Of a DNA stretch of 64,000 nucleotides, positions 11,154-25,500 are shown piece after piece. The notes beneath the pieces were generated by a model, which saw only the letters and a list, made by a program, of their open reading frames with translations, ran no database searches and had not been told where the DNA came from. The stretch is taken from assembly GCF_000150275.1 (NCBI RefSeq), contig NW_002060957.1:1-64000 (forward strand), in the 5' to 3' direction. The first letter of the stretch is position 1; every line of letters begins with the position of its first letter. This DNA comes from Trichoplax adhaerens (lineage: Eukaryota; Animalia; Placozoa). A program made the translations under genes and the position numbers.

Positions 11154-14100
11154 TTACTACGTTGACCCCAATATCAGATCCAATGGCTATGCCAATCACA
11201 GTTATCACTTCCATGATTGAGATTTTTGCTCTATAGAAGATTAAAGCTTTCTTCCTGCAAGTACTGTGATTACTATTTCATAATGTGACTGTGCAGTCTT
11301 ATCGCTATAAAAAGTCGTGCGTCTTATAAATCGCTACAGAAGATAATATAAATATATCAGTCCTACGTATGAAGTAAAATCCTAATAACAGATTTTACTG
11401 CTACAGAATTATTTGCTACTATTTTTTAAATTCGTCTACTATACTGTAACTACATTATTAAACTATTAGGTGTAAGCCGGACAGTTGATAATTATATAAT
11501 CCATTATCTTATTGCTAAAATCTCAGTCACAAGTCAGAACCTAATTTAGCCTTGCGGTTCAAGCTATTATATATCAATTAAATAAATTTGAAATTTTTGA
11601 TTCTATTCGTATTTGTATCTCAATATGATAGCAGTACCTCAAGAATAAAAACAGTAAATATTAGAATAATAATTTTTCTTTATTTTTCAACATCAGCCAT
11701 TTCAAATTTCAAAGTTCGCGATACGGCACATTATAATTAACAAATTGCTATATGTTTGGATAAAAGAATAAGTTGTCATCTACTTTTAGACAGACGACGG
11801 TATTTTAACGCTGCTTCAGTGACAAGAAACGAATAATCGGCGTATTTTTACATCAAGCTCTTAAGAGAAATTGCCACTCTGTGAGATGCTACAACAGAAT
11901 ACTAATAAACTGAAAACATAATCTGAACAATAGTAAGTTTGCCATCCTCACCCGGATTTCTCTTCCTTCTAATTTATTTTCTTGTCGCCAACTTTTAGAG
12001 TCGGCACTCTCGTATGTGTCAACTTTAAAACGTATTTGTATGGTAAAATATAATAATTACTGTTACTATCACAAATTTCAGGATACTGGTATATGGTATC
12101 ATACAGCATGTTAAAAGCACTTTCATCTCGTATGCTTCAAGTTTATAACATATTCGTAGGGTAAGATTTAATAATTAATTATCCTTACTACCATAAATTT
12201 TAGGATAGATGGCATCATATGGCATCTTGAAAGTACTTCTCTTGTTTATCATTGTGAAAAAGCTGCCCTATCAATATTGGCTGTTTGGCTATACCCTTAC
12301 CTAATCACGGATTTTATGCGCACAGAGGAATGAAGTTGATGTTAACTGTTCCAATCATTATTATTATCATTACATTTGAGACAATAGAGCAGATATAGGT
12401 TAATAAATTGCATTTAATTCAAGCTGGTAAATAATAATGTAGTTATCGTACTTATTGCATACGAGTATGAGCCCAATTTACAGTTCGGTTTGATCCAAAT
12501 AGGCTTATTGAGATACAGAACTAAATAGCGAACTTTAATCGATACGATTACAAGACTTTTTGTTTGTGATCACCAGAACATGAAGACGAGTGTGTAATTA
12601 TGTAAGACATAGTCTTCATGTTTATAAACTTCTACATTGGTTTAATTGCCAATATTTCTTGGCTACTAATTACATATATACTGTAGCTAGGGACGCAGCT
12701 CTTACAGTGTAATGCCCTTTCAAAACTTTTTAAAGTTATCTTAAAATATTTTTCTTCTTTAATGTAAGTACGACACCGGTCTACTTACTACTTCTAAAAA
12801 AGTTAAATTGAGTAGTATAATTAACTAGGCTAATTCCGAATGCACAAAGTTAAAAGTTAGAGTTAAGTTAGAGTTAAAAAGTTTGATATTATGAAATATT
12901 TACACTATCATTAATTCTTTAAAGTTTTCAATGCTTACTAAATGCTACTCTTCAGTACAAAGTGAAATAAGTAGAGTATCTCACTTTAAACTACACCTTT
13001 GAATGATATTAAATAATAATTTGGAAGTTTAGCAAAATTAACGAAAGTATATTACGTCGTATGGCATGATAGAGAATTATGTAAATATAACATTTTGACT
13101 GTATGTATTCTGAACTGACCGAATACTAGCTAACTAAACACCTAATGTTAGCATTATCACTAAATTTTGCAATAATTATTAGGTTTTACGATCCAAGGTC
13201 TACCTAAGTCGTCTAGGAAAGAATGCCACTGCATCATGGTGCATAATACGGTCTTGGGTCGGTTAGAGAAAACATTATCGAATAGGGCAATGTCACACAA
13301 CGTCGGTATTTGTAACAAGGTTAAATCTCAGAGAACAGGGTTGAGAAGAAATTGAATGACTACGTTTATTTAGACCTAAAGAACATAGACAATATTCAGA
13401 GGGAACAGCAGGAAAAAAATTCCTGGTAAGGTAAGAGATGCGCTCATTTAAATCGCATTCTCTTACTCTGTTGACAAGTAGACAAGTTTAGCGCAAACAG
13501 ATTAAGGTACCTACAGATTACTATGAGAGACAAAGTTAATAACTTAGTACGATTATTTCATAATAGAGCTTATAATCTATATTGTGGATGGTCTCACAAA
13601 TAACAACAATTATTGTAAAAAAATACACTAGTATGACACTAACAAATCAATGTTATTGTATACTATAACAGTAGAACATAATATATGATCAATCTATCCA
13701 ATACAGAGAAGTGATCACATCTTAAATATAGCAATAGTATAAAATACGATAGGCGAATTTCATCAGAAAAGGAGTGGAAAACATAGAACACTTTATTTTT
13801 AGTTCGCTATCAATAATGATTATAGCAGGAGAGCTCGTTCTACTAGCCAAAAGACGTTTGTAGATAAAAAGTAGATGAAAATTAATTTGAGATTATATTG
13901 TAAGTCATTTAGGGGTTATAGCTCTTCCATCTAGAGTTGGGTACTTACAGTAATTTGTCATCTGGTTTATCATATATCGTATTGAAAATCATTACGATTT
14001 TATTTTTACGAAAATAGATTACCATAACTATTCCTGCGACATAGGAGTTAACTCGGCGTTGTTAATAACTACGTCAATTCGCAAGAGTACTCTACATTTC

Positions 14101-15128
14101 CAGCCTGCTGTTTTGGTAATATCAATATCATATCACAAATTTTATCAGAAACAGCAGTCAAGGAGCACCTTAGATAATTCCTCTTTGCAAAGCTAAAGAT
14201 TCAATGTGGAAAGCTTATAAACTTAATAACTATTACTGACAGTCGTTGGAATCAGATATGAAATTAATGGTATTATTAGAGCGTAATGATTAATTACTTA
14301 ATAGCTTATTAAAATTACAGGAATAACAATAATATAAAGATAAGATGGTTCTGAGAATACATTTGTTATGTAAAATAAAATACGAAAGAAAGGATCAATT
14401 CTTTGCTCAGAATCGTAAATACAATAAACTAGAATCGTTAATATTAATAGTTAACATGACTTTAAATGACAATTCAATTTAGTGAAATTGGATAAGAATT
14501 ATTTTCCTTACTCGAATTTGGGCCATTTCGTATTTAAATCTACATAGAATTGTCCACAGTCTTTTACAACAGAATCAATGAGTCTATATCGGCATTAAGA
14601 AAATATTAATAAATGAATCTTAAGTGATATTTATCCCAATTTTATGATAATTGTGGCACAAGTAGTTAAAGTTAGAATACAATGTTTACAACGGTCTTAT
14701 TGGCTTCGGTATATTAATGTATTATGTTTTCACTTCTACTTGTTCTGCTGATTGAATTGACTCTATTCAATTTCTACTCTTTATATCACAGCCAGACGTA
14801 AAAGTACCATGCGGAGATAAAATGTAATTAGCAGTATTGAATAATTATGACCTTCAGTAACGTAACTATTAGGTCACATTTACTCAGTCAAATAATTTTC
14901 CAAAGTAATGGACTTATTTACAACGTCATCTAATTAATGCTAACTTTACAAAGCTAAGTAATCGTTAAAAAATAACCGAGCTGATAATCATTGTAATAAA
15001 AGAAGCTCACAAATAACTGTCTTCGTCAAATTTAATTTTTTCGAAAATATTTCTATTACAAGGTTTTAGAATAGTAGAGCAATAATTAATTACAGACGAA
15101 ACTAATAACTCTCTTCGGTCGAATATGG

Positions 15129-15400
15129 TGATTTTGTATTAGTATCATAATTTAATAGCTGTTGGGGATTAAAAATGATTTCGTATTAACATCATAATTC
15201 AATTAACTTTAGGGATTGCCGTGATTTCGTAGTAACATCGTAATTTAATGACTTTTGGGGTTCAATATGATTTCGTATTAGCATAACAATTCAATAGCAT
15301 TTGGGAATTAAAGTAATTTCGTATTAGCATAACAATTCAATAACCTTTGGGGATCAAAGTAATTTCGTATTAGCATAATTCAACAACCTTTGAGGATTGT
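15129..15400. repeat. Minisatellite, ~46-bp unit, ~6 diverged copies
   Basis: Recurring TGATTTCGTATTAGCAT..AATTCAAT..CTTTGGGGAT at ~15129, 15176, 15222, 15268, 15314 and 15360. Confidence 0.9.
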
Positions 15401-16528
15401 TAAGATATAGAGCAGTATTGATCATAGTAGCTTTATCGTTTAACAACTCACCTGTTGTAATCTCCAGACATGCTATAGAAATTGTGAGGTCAACAAATAC
15501 TTTTCGAACAGTGCGTAATGATATACTGTAGGTAATCCTATAAATGGGTGGTAGCTTGATCGTTAAACGCGTCGATGACGTGTAAAAACGTAATAAAATA
15601 TGAAGCAAAATTTAACCTTGACTGCTGTAAATAATGTATTTTTAAAATGATACTTTCTCTACTAAGCTTTCAGTTACGTCAAAAATATTCTAGTATACCT
15701 TTGCATTTAAAAATCAACACTACATCATCAACTCTTAGATCTTATTTGATAACGTTCTACTATTCTATATCGTAAATGTATGGAAGACGCTAAAATTTCT
15801 CATGATAAGATCATTAAAAGCTGTATCTGCATTTTGGTAAACAAGTACAGACATTTCAGTATCAGTACTTTCATCATTAATGTGATGCGAAATTAATCAA
15901 TACCAATCTTATATTAGCCATTATAAACGGCAAAGGCCTATCGTGTTGTAGAAGTAATATAATTCTTCTCTTAATCCAATACACATGGAAGCTCTTATAG
16001 AAAGTATTACGCTTATCAGTTCGTACTACCATAAATAAGCTAGTAATAAGTTTTATTTTAATTGTGGATATGCTCTTTAAAGCTGAAAATTAGATGCACT
16101 TAATTGTATACAAACAGTAATAATCAATTGGATATATTAATAATACATCGGTAGAAAATAACCGAATAAATTTGCTGTATTAATTTAAATTAATGCAAGT
16201 TCATATTTATATCAAAATGCGGTAGCATCCAGTATTTTTAATTTGAATATTAAAAAGACTATAGTATGCTAGTTTAACGTATGGTATATTAATCGCATCT
16301 CAAGAGTGATAAACCAATTTGATGCATATAATAAGTTGGTGATTTCGTAATATGATATACGCGTACTTTGATAAAATTGGATAGTAATTTTTCATTACTT
16401 AGTACCATTGTGCTACTAAATCTAAAAGCAAATTATTATCTTAGCCTACTTATATTTGATTACCTACGCATGTGTATATAGTGCGATCCCAAATTAGCTT
16501 AATAGAAAAATTAAAAGATTGCGTAAAT

Positions 16529-19500
16529 ATACTGATTGTTAATACCTACGAATTCTTCTAAGTAACAAAATAATTCTATAGATAGAGTAAATCAATCGTA
16601 TAATGTATTTTACAAAGACAGTAGTAGTATTTTAGTATTTCATTATACTTCTTGTACTTGTTAATAACTAATGTAAGTTTTAGACTACTAGATAGTTTAT
16701 AACTTTTTATAATTTTGATTAAACTCCATGACGTATTCTATCGAATAAATGCGGAAAGTACTCCGATAAATCGGTAATAGATGAAACTGATTTCTACATA
16801 AAGCATGATATTTCTTGTAAATACAATTACGAATATTTCACAACTGCGCATTTGTCGCCCTTATATTAGTCTCAAAAGTGGGTGAATAGATTAGTGTTAC
16901 TGCTACTACGCTTAGTATCGAGATTTTAAGTACATAAACGTTCATAGCTTATAGTCAACTTTACAATACTGTACTTTACTCAAGAGTTAAGGATCTAACT
17001 AGTACATTACATAAAAACAATTGTACATGACTATATTTTATATACAGTATTACAAGTATCTTATAGGTGTAAAACTAGAAAGTTAGTGTTGTTTAGTAAT
17101 GTTTTGTAACTTGCTCAATATACGTATAACTTGAACATCATAGCCTCTGTTTTATTCGAGTTATACACGTATTATTAAATAACTTTAAATACAGAACTCA
17201 CAACTGATTTTATTATATATTTTGTATCATTTACATTATATGATGTTAATATTATGGCTCTAGTAGTTGCTTAAATTTCAGAGTCTGAATCTTAAATAAT
17301 CATGTACAGTTTTACTTTTATGATAGTATTATAGTTCGATTTCTTTATACTAACTCGATATCTCGTATATTACGAAGTATCAAAGACTAAAATATTTAAC
17401 ATATATCACAAATTAACGTTGCAACAGCATAACGATGGAATAACTAGAACTATAACTAGACTATATTTTATATACAGTATTACAAGTACCTTATAGGTGT
17501 AAAACTAGAAAGTTGATGTTATTTAGTAATTTTTTGTAACTTACTCAATATACGTATAGCTTGAGCATCATAGCCTCTGTTTTATTCGAGTTATACACGT
17601 ATTAAATAACTTTAAATACAGAACGCACAACTGATTTTACTATATATTTTGTACCATTTACATTATATGATGTTAATATTATGGCTCTAGTAGTTGCTTA
17701 GATTTCAGAGTCTGAATCTTAAATAATCATATGTAGTTTTACTTTTATGATAATACTACAGTTCGATTTCTTTATACTATTTCGATATCTTGTATATTAC
17801 GAAGTATCAGACACTAAAATATTTAACATATATCACAAATTAACGTTGCAACATCATAACTACGGAATACTCGTTTTAATAACTAGTTTTATTATACATT
17901 TGTGTCATGTACGTTGTATAACGTTAACATTCTAGCTGTAACGATTACTCGAATTTCAGAGCATAAATCTTGTATAACCATATGTAACTTTTATGATCGT
18001 CTCATAGTCAAACTTGTTGTACTACTTCGATATCTCAAATACGATGAGCTATCGAATACTAAAGTATTATAATACGTATTACGAGTCAGCTTTTAACAGC
18101 ATAACGTTAAAATACGCATCTTAACAAGTGGTTCTATTATATACTTTGTATCATTTACTCTATATGACGCCAACATTATGGCTGTAACGATTACTCGGAA
18201 TTCAGACTGTAAGTCTTTTATAATCATGTGTGATTTTTTTTCGTAACAAACTTATAGATAAATTATTATTGTACTATCTCGATATTTCGGATAAGATAAA
18301 CTATAGAACATTAAACTATTATGATGCATATTACAAATCTGCTTAGCTATAACAACTTCAAAATACACAATTTAATAACTAATTTTATTTTATACTTTGT
18401 ATTATATATATACTTTATGGCTGTAACGATTACTCGGATTCCAGTATGTAAGTCTCGTATAATCATGTGTATGATTGTTTTATGATAGAAATCTTCATAG
18501 CTAAGTTTCTTGCTGTACAACTCGATATGTCCATGATGATGAAGTATCATACACTAAAATGTTATAGTGTGTATCACAAATCAGCTTACAGTAACATAAA
18601 CTTAAAATACACAATTTAACAAGTGATTCTATTATACACTTTGTATCGTTTACACTATACGACGTCGACATTATGGCTATAGCGACTATTCGGATTTCAG
18701 ACCGTAAGTCTTAAATAGTCATATATAACTTTACGTAACAGTAATTTCATACTTGTATTACCTTATACTATCTCGATATCTCGGATACGATAAAGTATTG
18801 AACACTAAATATTATTATAATGTATATTATAAGTCAGCTTTGTAACAACATAAGTTGCAATACTCAATTTAACAACTAACTTTATTATATATTTGTATCA
18901 TGTACACTGTATATCGTCAACTTTATGGATTACTCGGATTTTAGGGCGTAAGTCTTGAATTATCATATGTACTTTTTACGATAGCTTCATAGTTAAACGT
19001 CTGGTTCTACTATCGCGATATCTCGGATACGATAAAGTATCGAACACTAAATATTATAATGTATATTACAAATCAGCTTTGTAACAGCATAACCTTAGAG
19101 GACACAAGTTAACAAATGATTCTATTACACATTTTATATCATTTACACTATATGACGTCAACATTATGGCTATAACGACTTCTCGGATTTTAGCGCGTAA
19201 GTCTTGCATAATCATATGCACTTTTTTGGATAGCTCCACACTTAAACTTCTTGTTGTACTATCGCGATATCTCGGATACGATAAACTATCGAACACTAAA
19301 ATATCATAATGTGTATTACAAAACAGCTTTGTAACAACATAACGTTAGAGTACACAAATTAACAAATGATTCTATTACACATTTTATATCATTGACACTA
19401 TATGACGTCAATATTATGGCTATAACGTTTACTCGGATTTTAGCGCGTAAGTCTCCCATAATCATATGTCATTTTTTATGATAGCTCCATAGTTAAGCTT

Positions 19501-22500
19501 CTTGTTGTACTATCGCGATATCTCAGACACGCTAAACTATCGAACACTAAAATATCATTATGTGTATTACAAAACAGCTTTGTAACAACATAACGTTACA
19601 GTATACAAATTAACAAATGATTTTATTACACACTTTTTATCATTGATACTATATGACGTCAACTTTATGGCTATAACGTTTACTCGGATTTTAGCGCGTA
19701 AGTCTCGCATAGTCATATGTATATTAGCTTTACAGTAATTTCGTACTTGCATTTCTTTACACTATCTCCAAATCTCGAATACGATAAACTATTTAGCTGA
19801 TTTTGTTATATATTTGTGTCATGTAAACTGTATAACGTCAACGTTCTGGCTCTAACGATTACTCGGACTTTAGTTGTAAGTCTCGTATAGTCATGTATAA
19901 TGTTTTTTATACTAACTCGCTATCTCAAAGATAATAAAGTATCGAATGCTAAATATTATAAATATGTATCATAAATCAGCATTGCAACAGCGTAACTTAA
20001 AATACGCACGTTAACAAGTGATTCTATTCTATATTTGTATTATTTACGCTGTATAACGTCAATATTACGGCTGTAACAATTACTCGGATTTCAGGCTGTA
20101 ATTCGCTTATAATCATGTGTGATTTCGTTTTCGTAACAGAATTATAGATAGATTATTGCTATACTATTTAGATCTTTCGGATAAGATAAACTATAGAACA
20201 TTAAACTATTATGATGTATATTACAAACTAGCTTTGCTATGAGATAACTTGAAAATGCATAGTTTAATAACTAATTTTATTTTATATTTTTCTGATATTT
20301 CTCTATTTATACAACAATACATCCACAAATCAATGCTATTCAAGGGCGTAAGTATACTGATTGTTTATACCTACGAATTCTTCTAAGTAACATAATAATT
20401 TTATAGATAGAGTAAACTAATCGTATAATGTATTTTACATGAACAGTAGTATTTTAGTATTTCATTATACTACTTGTACTTCTTAATAAGTACTGTAAGT
20501 TTTAGATTACAAGATAATTTATAACTTTTTACAATTTTCATTGAACTCCATGACGTATTCTATCGAATAACTAGAAAAAAAGCTCCGATAAATCGGTAAG
20601 AAATGAAACTGATTTCCACATAAAACGTGATATTTCTTGTAAATACAATTACGAATATTTCACAACTGCGCATCTGTCGCCCTTATAATAGTCTCAAAAG
20701 TGGGTGAATAGATTAGTGTTACAGCTACTACGCTTAATTTCGAGATTTTATGTGATTTAAATAGTCTTGTAAATCGTAATTTACGAGTAACACAGTACAT
20801 GAAACTACTGAAGACAGATGAGAGCTGTCAGCCTCGACCTTAACGTATGACTTAGTACGAATACTACAGCGAGATGAGCTACGAAGATAAAGAAGACCTC
20901 TTCTCTATCTCTAAGAGTATTTTATCATCATTCGCTACCTACTAGCACTTAGTAAAGTAACTTAGTAAAGTATAATACACTAGAAGTAAATACCTTTAAT
21001 ATCAAGACAAACTTTTAGCCAAAGTTAAACGGATTAGAGTATAATTAATTAGCTAACGAGTAGTCGAATCAAATGTAGATAAAATAACTGAGATGAGAAA
21101 CTACGATAAGTTTATTGTAGAGGCTTATTTACTTCATAGCTTGTTATCTGTTCATATGATAAGTATAAGCAAAGTCATCGCTATCGTCTAATACGCTGAA
21201 ATCTTAGAGAATGCTATCGACTTAATCTGGTTTTAATGTAAAAGACAAATTGCTTATATGTCTATTTTAAACACTTACTTTTGCTTAGATATTTAACTTT
21301 GTATTATAAATATCCCGCTGATAATAAATCTATTAAGAGATGTTATTATTATAAACACGACTATTATGTAATAACACTAGCTTGACTTGTACTATACGCA
21401 ATGTGTACATAAATGTTCGTAGCTAATAGTCAACTCTACAATACTCTACTCTACTCAAGAGTTAAGGATCTAACTAGTACATTACATAAAAACAATTGTA
21501 CATCACTATATTTCATATACAGTATTACAAGTATCTTTTAGGTGTAAAACTAGACAGTTAGTATTGTTTAGTAATTTTTTGTAACTTACTCAATATACGT
21601 ATAACTTGAACATCATAGCCTCTGTTTTATTCGAGTTATACACGTATTAAATAACTTCAAATACAGAACGCACAACTGATTTTATTATATATTTTGTATC
21701 ATTTACATTATATGATGTTAATATTATGGCTCTAGTAGTTGCTTAAATTTTAGAGTCTATCTTGTGCAGTTTAACTTTTATGATAATATTATAGTTCGAT
21801 TTCTTTATACTAGCTCGATATCTTGTATATTATGAAGTGTCAAACACTAAAATATTTAACATATATCACAAAATAACGTTGCAACAGCATAACTACGGAA
21901 TACTCGTTTTAATAACTAGTTTTACTATATATTTGTGTTATGTACGTTGTATAACGTTAACATTCTAGCTGTAACGATTACTCGAATTTCAGAGCATAAA
22001 TCTTATATAACCATATGTAACTTTTATGATCGCCTCATAGTTAAACTTGCTGTACTACTTCGATATCTCAAATACGATGAGCTATCGAATACTAAAATAT
22101 TATAATACGTATTACGAGTCAGCTTTTAACATCATAACATTAAAATACGCACCTTAACAAGTGGTTCTATTATATACTTTGTATCATTTACTCTATATGA
22201 CGCCAACATTATGGCTGTAACGATTACTCGGAGTTCAGGCTGTAAGTCTCTTATAATCATATGTGATTTTGTTTTCGTAACAAACTTATAGATAAATTAT
22301 TATTGTACTATCTCGATATTTCGGATAAGATAAACTATAGAGCATTAAACTATTATGATGTATAGTACAAATCTGCTTTTCTCTAACACAACTTCAAAAT
22401 ACACAATTTAATAACTAATTTTATTTTATACTTTGTATTATATATATACTTTATGGCTGTAACGATTACTCGGATTTCAGTCTGTAAGTCTCGTTTAATC

Positions 22501-25500
22501 ATGTGTATGATTTTTATGTGATAGAAATCTTCATAGCTAAGTTTCTTGTTGTAATAACTCGATATGTCCATGATGATGAAGTATCATACACTAAAATGTT
22601 ATAGTGTGTATCACAAATCAGCTTACAGTAACATAAACTTAAAATACACAACTTTACAAGTGATTCCATTATACACTTTATATCGTTTACACTATACGAC
22701 GTCGACATTATGGCTATAACGACTATTCGGATTTCAGGGTGTAAATCTTAAATAGTCATATGTAACTTTACGTAACAGTAATTTCATACTTGTATTACCT
22801 TATACTATCTCGATATCTCGGATACGATAAACTATCGAACAATAAATATTATAACGTATATTATTAGTCAGCTTTGTAACAGCATAAGTTGAAATACTTA
22901 ATTTAACAACTAACTTTATTATATATTTGTATCATGTACACTGTATAACGTCCACATTATGGCTATAACGATTACTCGGATATTAGCGCGTAAGTCTCCC
23001 ATAATCTCATGTGATTTTTTACGATAGCTCCATAGTTAAACTTGTTGTTGTACTATCGCGATATCTCGGATGCGATAAACTATCGAACACTAAAATATTA
23101 TAATGTCTATCGTAAATCAGCTTTGTAACAACATAACGTTCAAGTTTGTAAAGTACAAATTAACAAATGATTCTATTATACACTTTTATCATTTANNNNN
23201 NNNNNNNNNNNNNNNNNNNNNNNNNNNNNNNNNNNNNNNNNNNNNAAACACGACTATTATGTAATAACACTAGCTTGACTTGTACTATACGCAATGTGTA
23301 CATAAATGTTCGTAGCTAATAGTCAACTCTACAATACTCTACTCTACTCAAGAGTTAAGGATCTAACTAGTACATTACATAAAAACAATTGTACATCACT
23401 ATATTTCATATACAGTATTACAAGTATCTTTTAGGTGTAAAACTAGACAGTTAGTATTGTTTAGTAATTTTTTGTAACTTACTCAATATACGTATAACTT
23501 GAACATCATAGCCTCTGTTTTATTCGAGTTATACACGTATTAAATAACTTCAAATACAGAACGCACAACTGATTTTATTATATATTTTGTATCATTTACA
23601 TTATATGATGTTAATATTATGGCTCTAGTAGTTGCTTAAATTTTAGAGTCTGAATCTTAAATAATCATGTGCAAGTTTAACTTTTATGATAATATTATAG
23701 TTCGATTTCTTTATACTAGCTCGATATCTTGTATATTATGAAGTGTCAAACACTAAAATATTTAACATATATCACAAAATAACGTTGCAACAGCATAACT
23801 ACGGAATACTCGTTTTAATAACTAGTTTTACTATATATTTGTGTTATGTACGTTGTATAACGTTAACATTCTAGCTGTAACGATTACTCGAATTTCAGAG
23901 CATAAATCTTATATAACCATATGTAACTTTTATGATCGCCTCATAGTTAAACTTGCTGTACTACTTCGATATCTCAAATACGATGAGCTATCGAATACTA
24001 AAATATTATAATACGTATTACGAGTCAGCTTTTAACATCATAACATTAAAATACGCACCTTAACAAGTGGTTCTATTATATACTTTGTATCATTTACTCT
24101 ATATGACGCCAACATTATGGCTGTAACGATTACTCGGATTTCAGTCTGTAAGTCTCGTTTAATCATGTGTATGATTTTTATGTGATAGAAATCTTCATAG
24201 CTAAGTTTCTTGTTGTAATAACTCGATATGTCCATGATGATGAAGTATCATACACTAAAATGTTATAGTGTGTATCACAAATCAGCTTACAGTAACATAA
24301 ACTTAAAATACACAACTTTACAAGTGATTCCATTATACACTTTATATCGTTTACACTATACGACGTCGACATTATGGCTATAACGACTATTCGGATTTCA
24401 GGGTGTAAATCTTAAATAGTCATATGTAACTTTACGTAACAGTAATTTCATACTTGTATTACCTTATACTATCTCGATATCTCGGATACGATAAACTATC
24501 GAACAATAAATATTATAACGTATATTATTAGTCAGCTTTGTAACAGCATAAGTTGAAATACTTAATTTAACAACTAACTTTATTATATATTTGTATCATG
24601 TACACTGTATAACGTCCACATTATGGCTATAACGATTACTCGGATATTAGCGCGTAAGTCTCCCATAATCTCATGTGATTTTTTACGATAGCTCCATAGT
24701 TAAACTTGTTGTTGTACTATCGCGATATCTCGGATGCGATAAACTATCGAACACTAAAATATTATAATGTCTATCGTAAATCAGCTTTGTAACAACATAA
24801 CGTTCAAGTTTGTAAAGTACAAATTAACAAATGATTCTATTATACACTTTTATCATTTACACTATATGATGTCAACTTTATGGCTATAATGTTTACTCGG
24901 ATTTTAGCGCGTAAGTTTCGCATAGTCATATGTATATTAGCTTTACAGTAATTTCGTACTTGCATTTCTTTACACTATCTCCAAATCTCGAACACGATAA
25001 ACTATTTAGCTGATTTTGTTATATATTTGTGTCATGTAAACTGTATAACGTCAACTTTTTGGCTCTAACGATTACTCGGACTTTAGTCGGTAAGTCTCGT
25101 ATAGTCATGTATAATGTTTTTTATACTAACTCGCTATCTCAAATATGATAAAGTATCGAATACTAAATATTATAAATATGTATCATAAATCAGCGTTACA
25201 ACAACGTAACGTTAAAATACGCACGTTAACAAGTGATTCTATTATATATTTGTATTATTTACTCTGTATAACGTCAATATTATAGCTGTAACAATTACTC
25301 AGATTTCAAACTGTAATTCTCTTATAAACATGTGTAATTTCGTTTTCATAACAAAGTTATAGATAAATTATTACTGTATTATTTCGATCTTTCGGATAAG
25401 ATAAACTATACAATATTAAACTATTATGATGTATATTACAAATCAGCTTTGCTATAAGATAACTTGAAAATGCACAGTTTAATAACTAATTTTATTTTAT

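Noticed and set aside
13180-13435. Exon-like stretch bounded by AG..GTAAG
   Set aside because: The frames I translated contain stops and show no recognisable family. It may be a decayed exon but cannot be supported.
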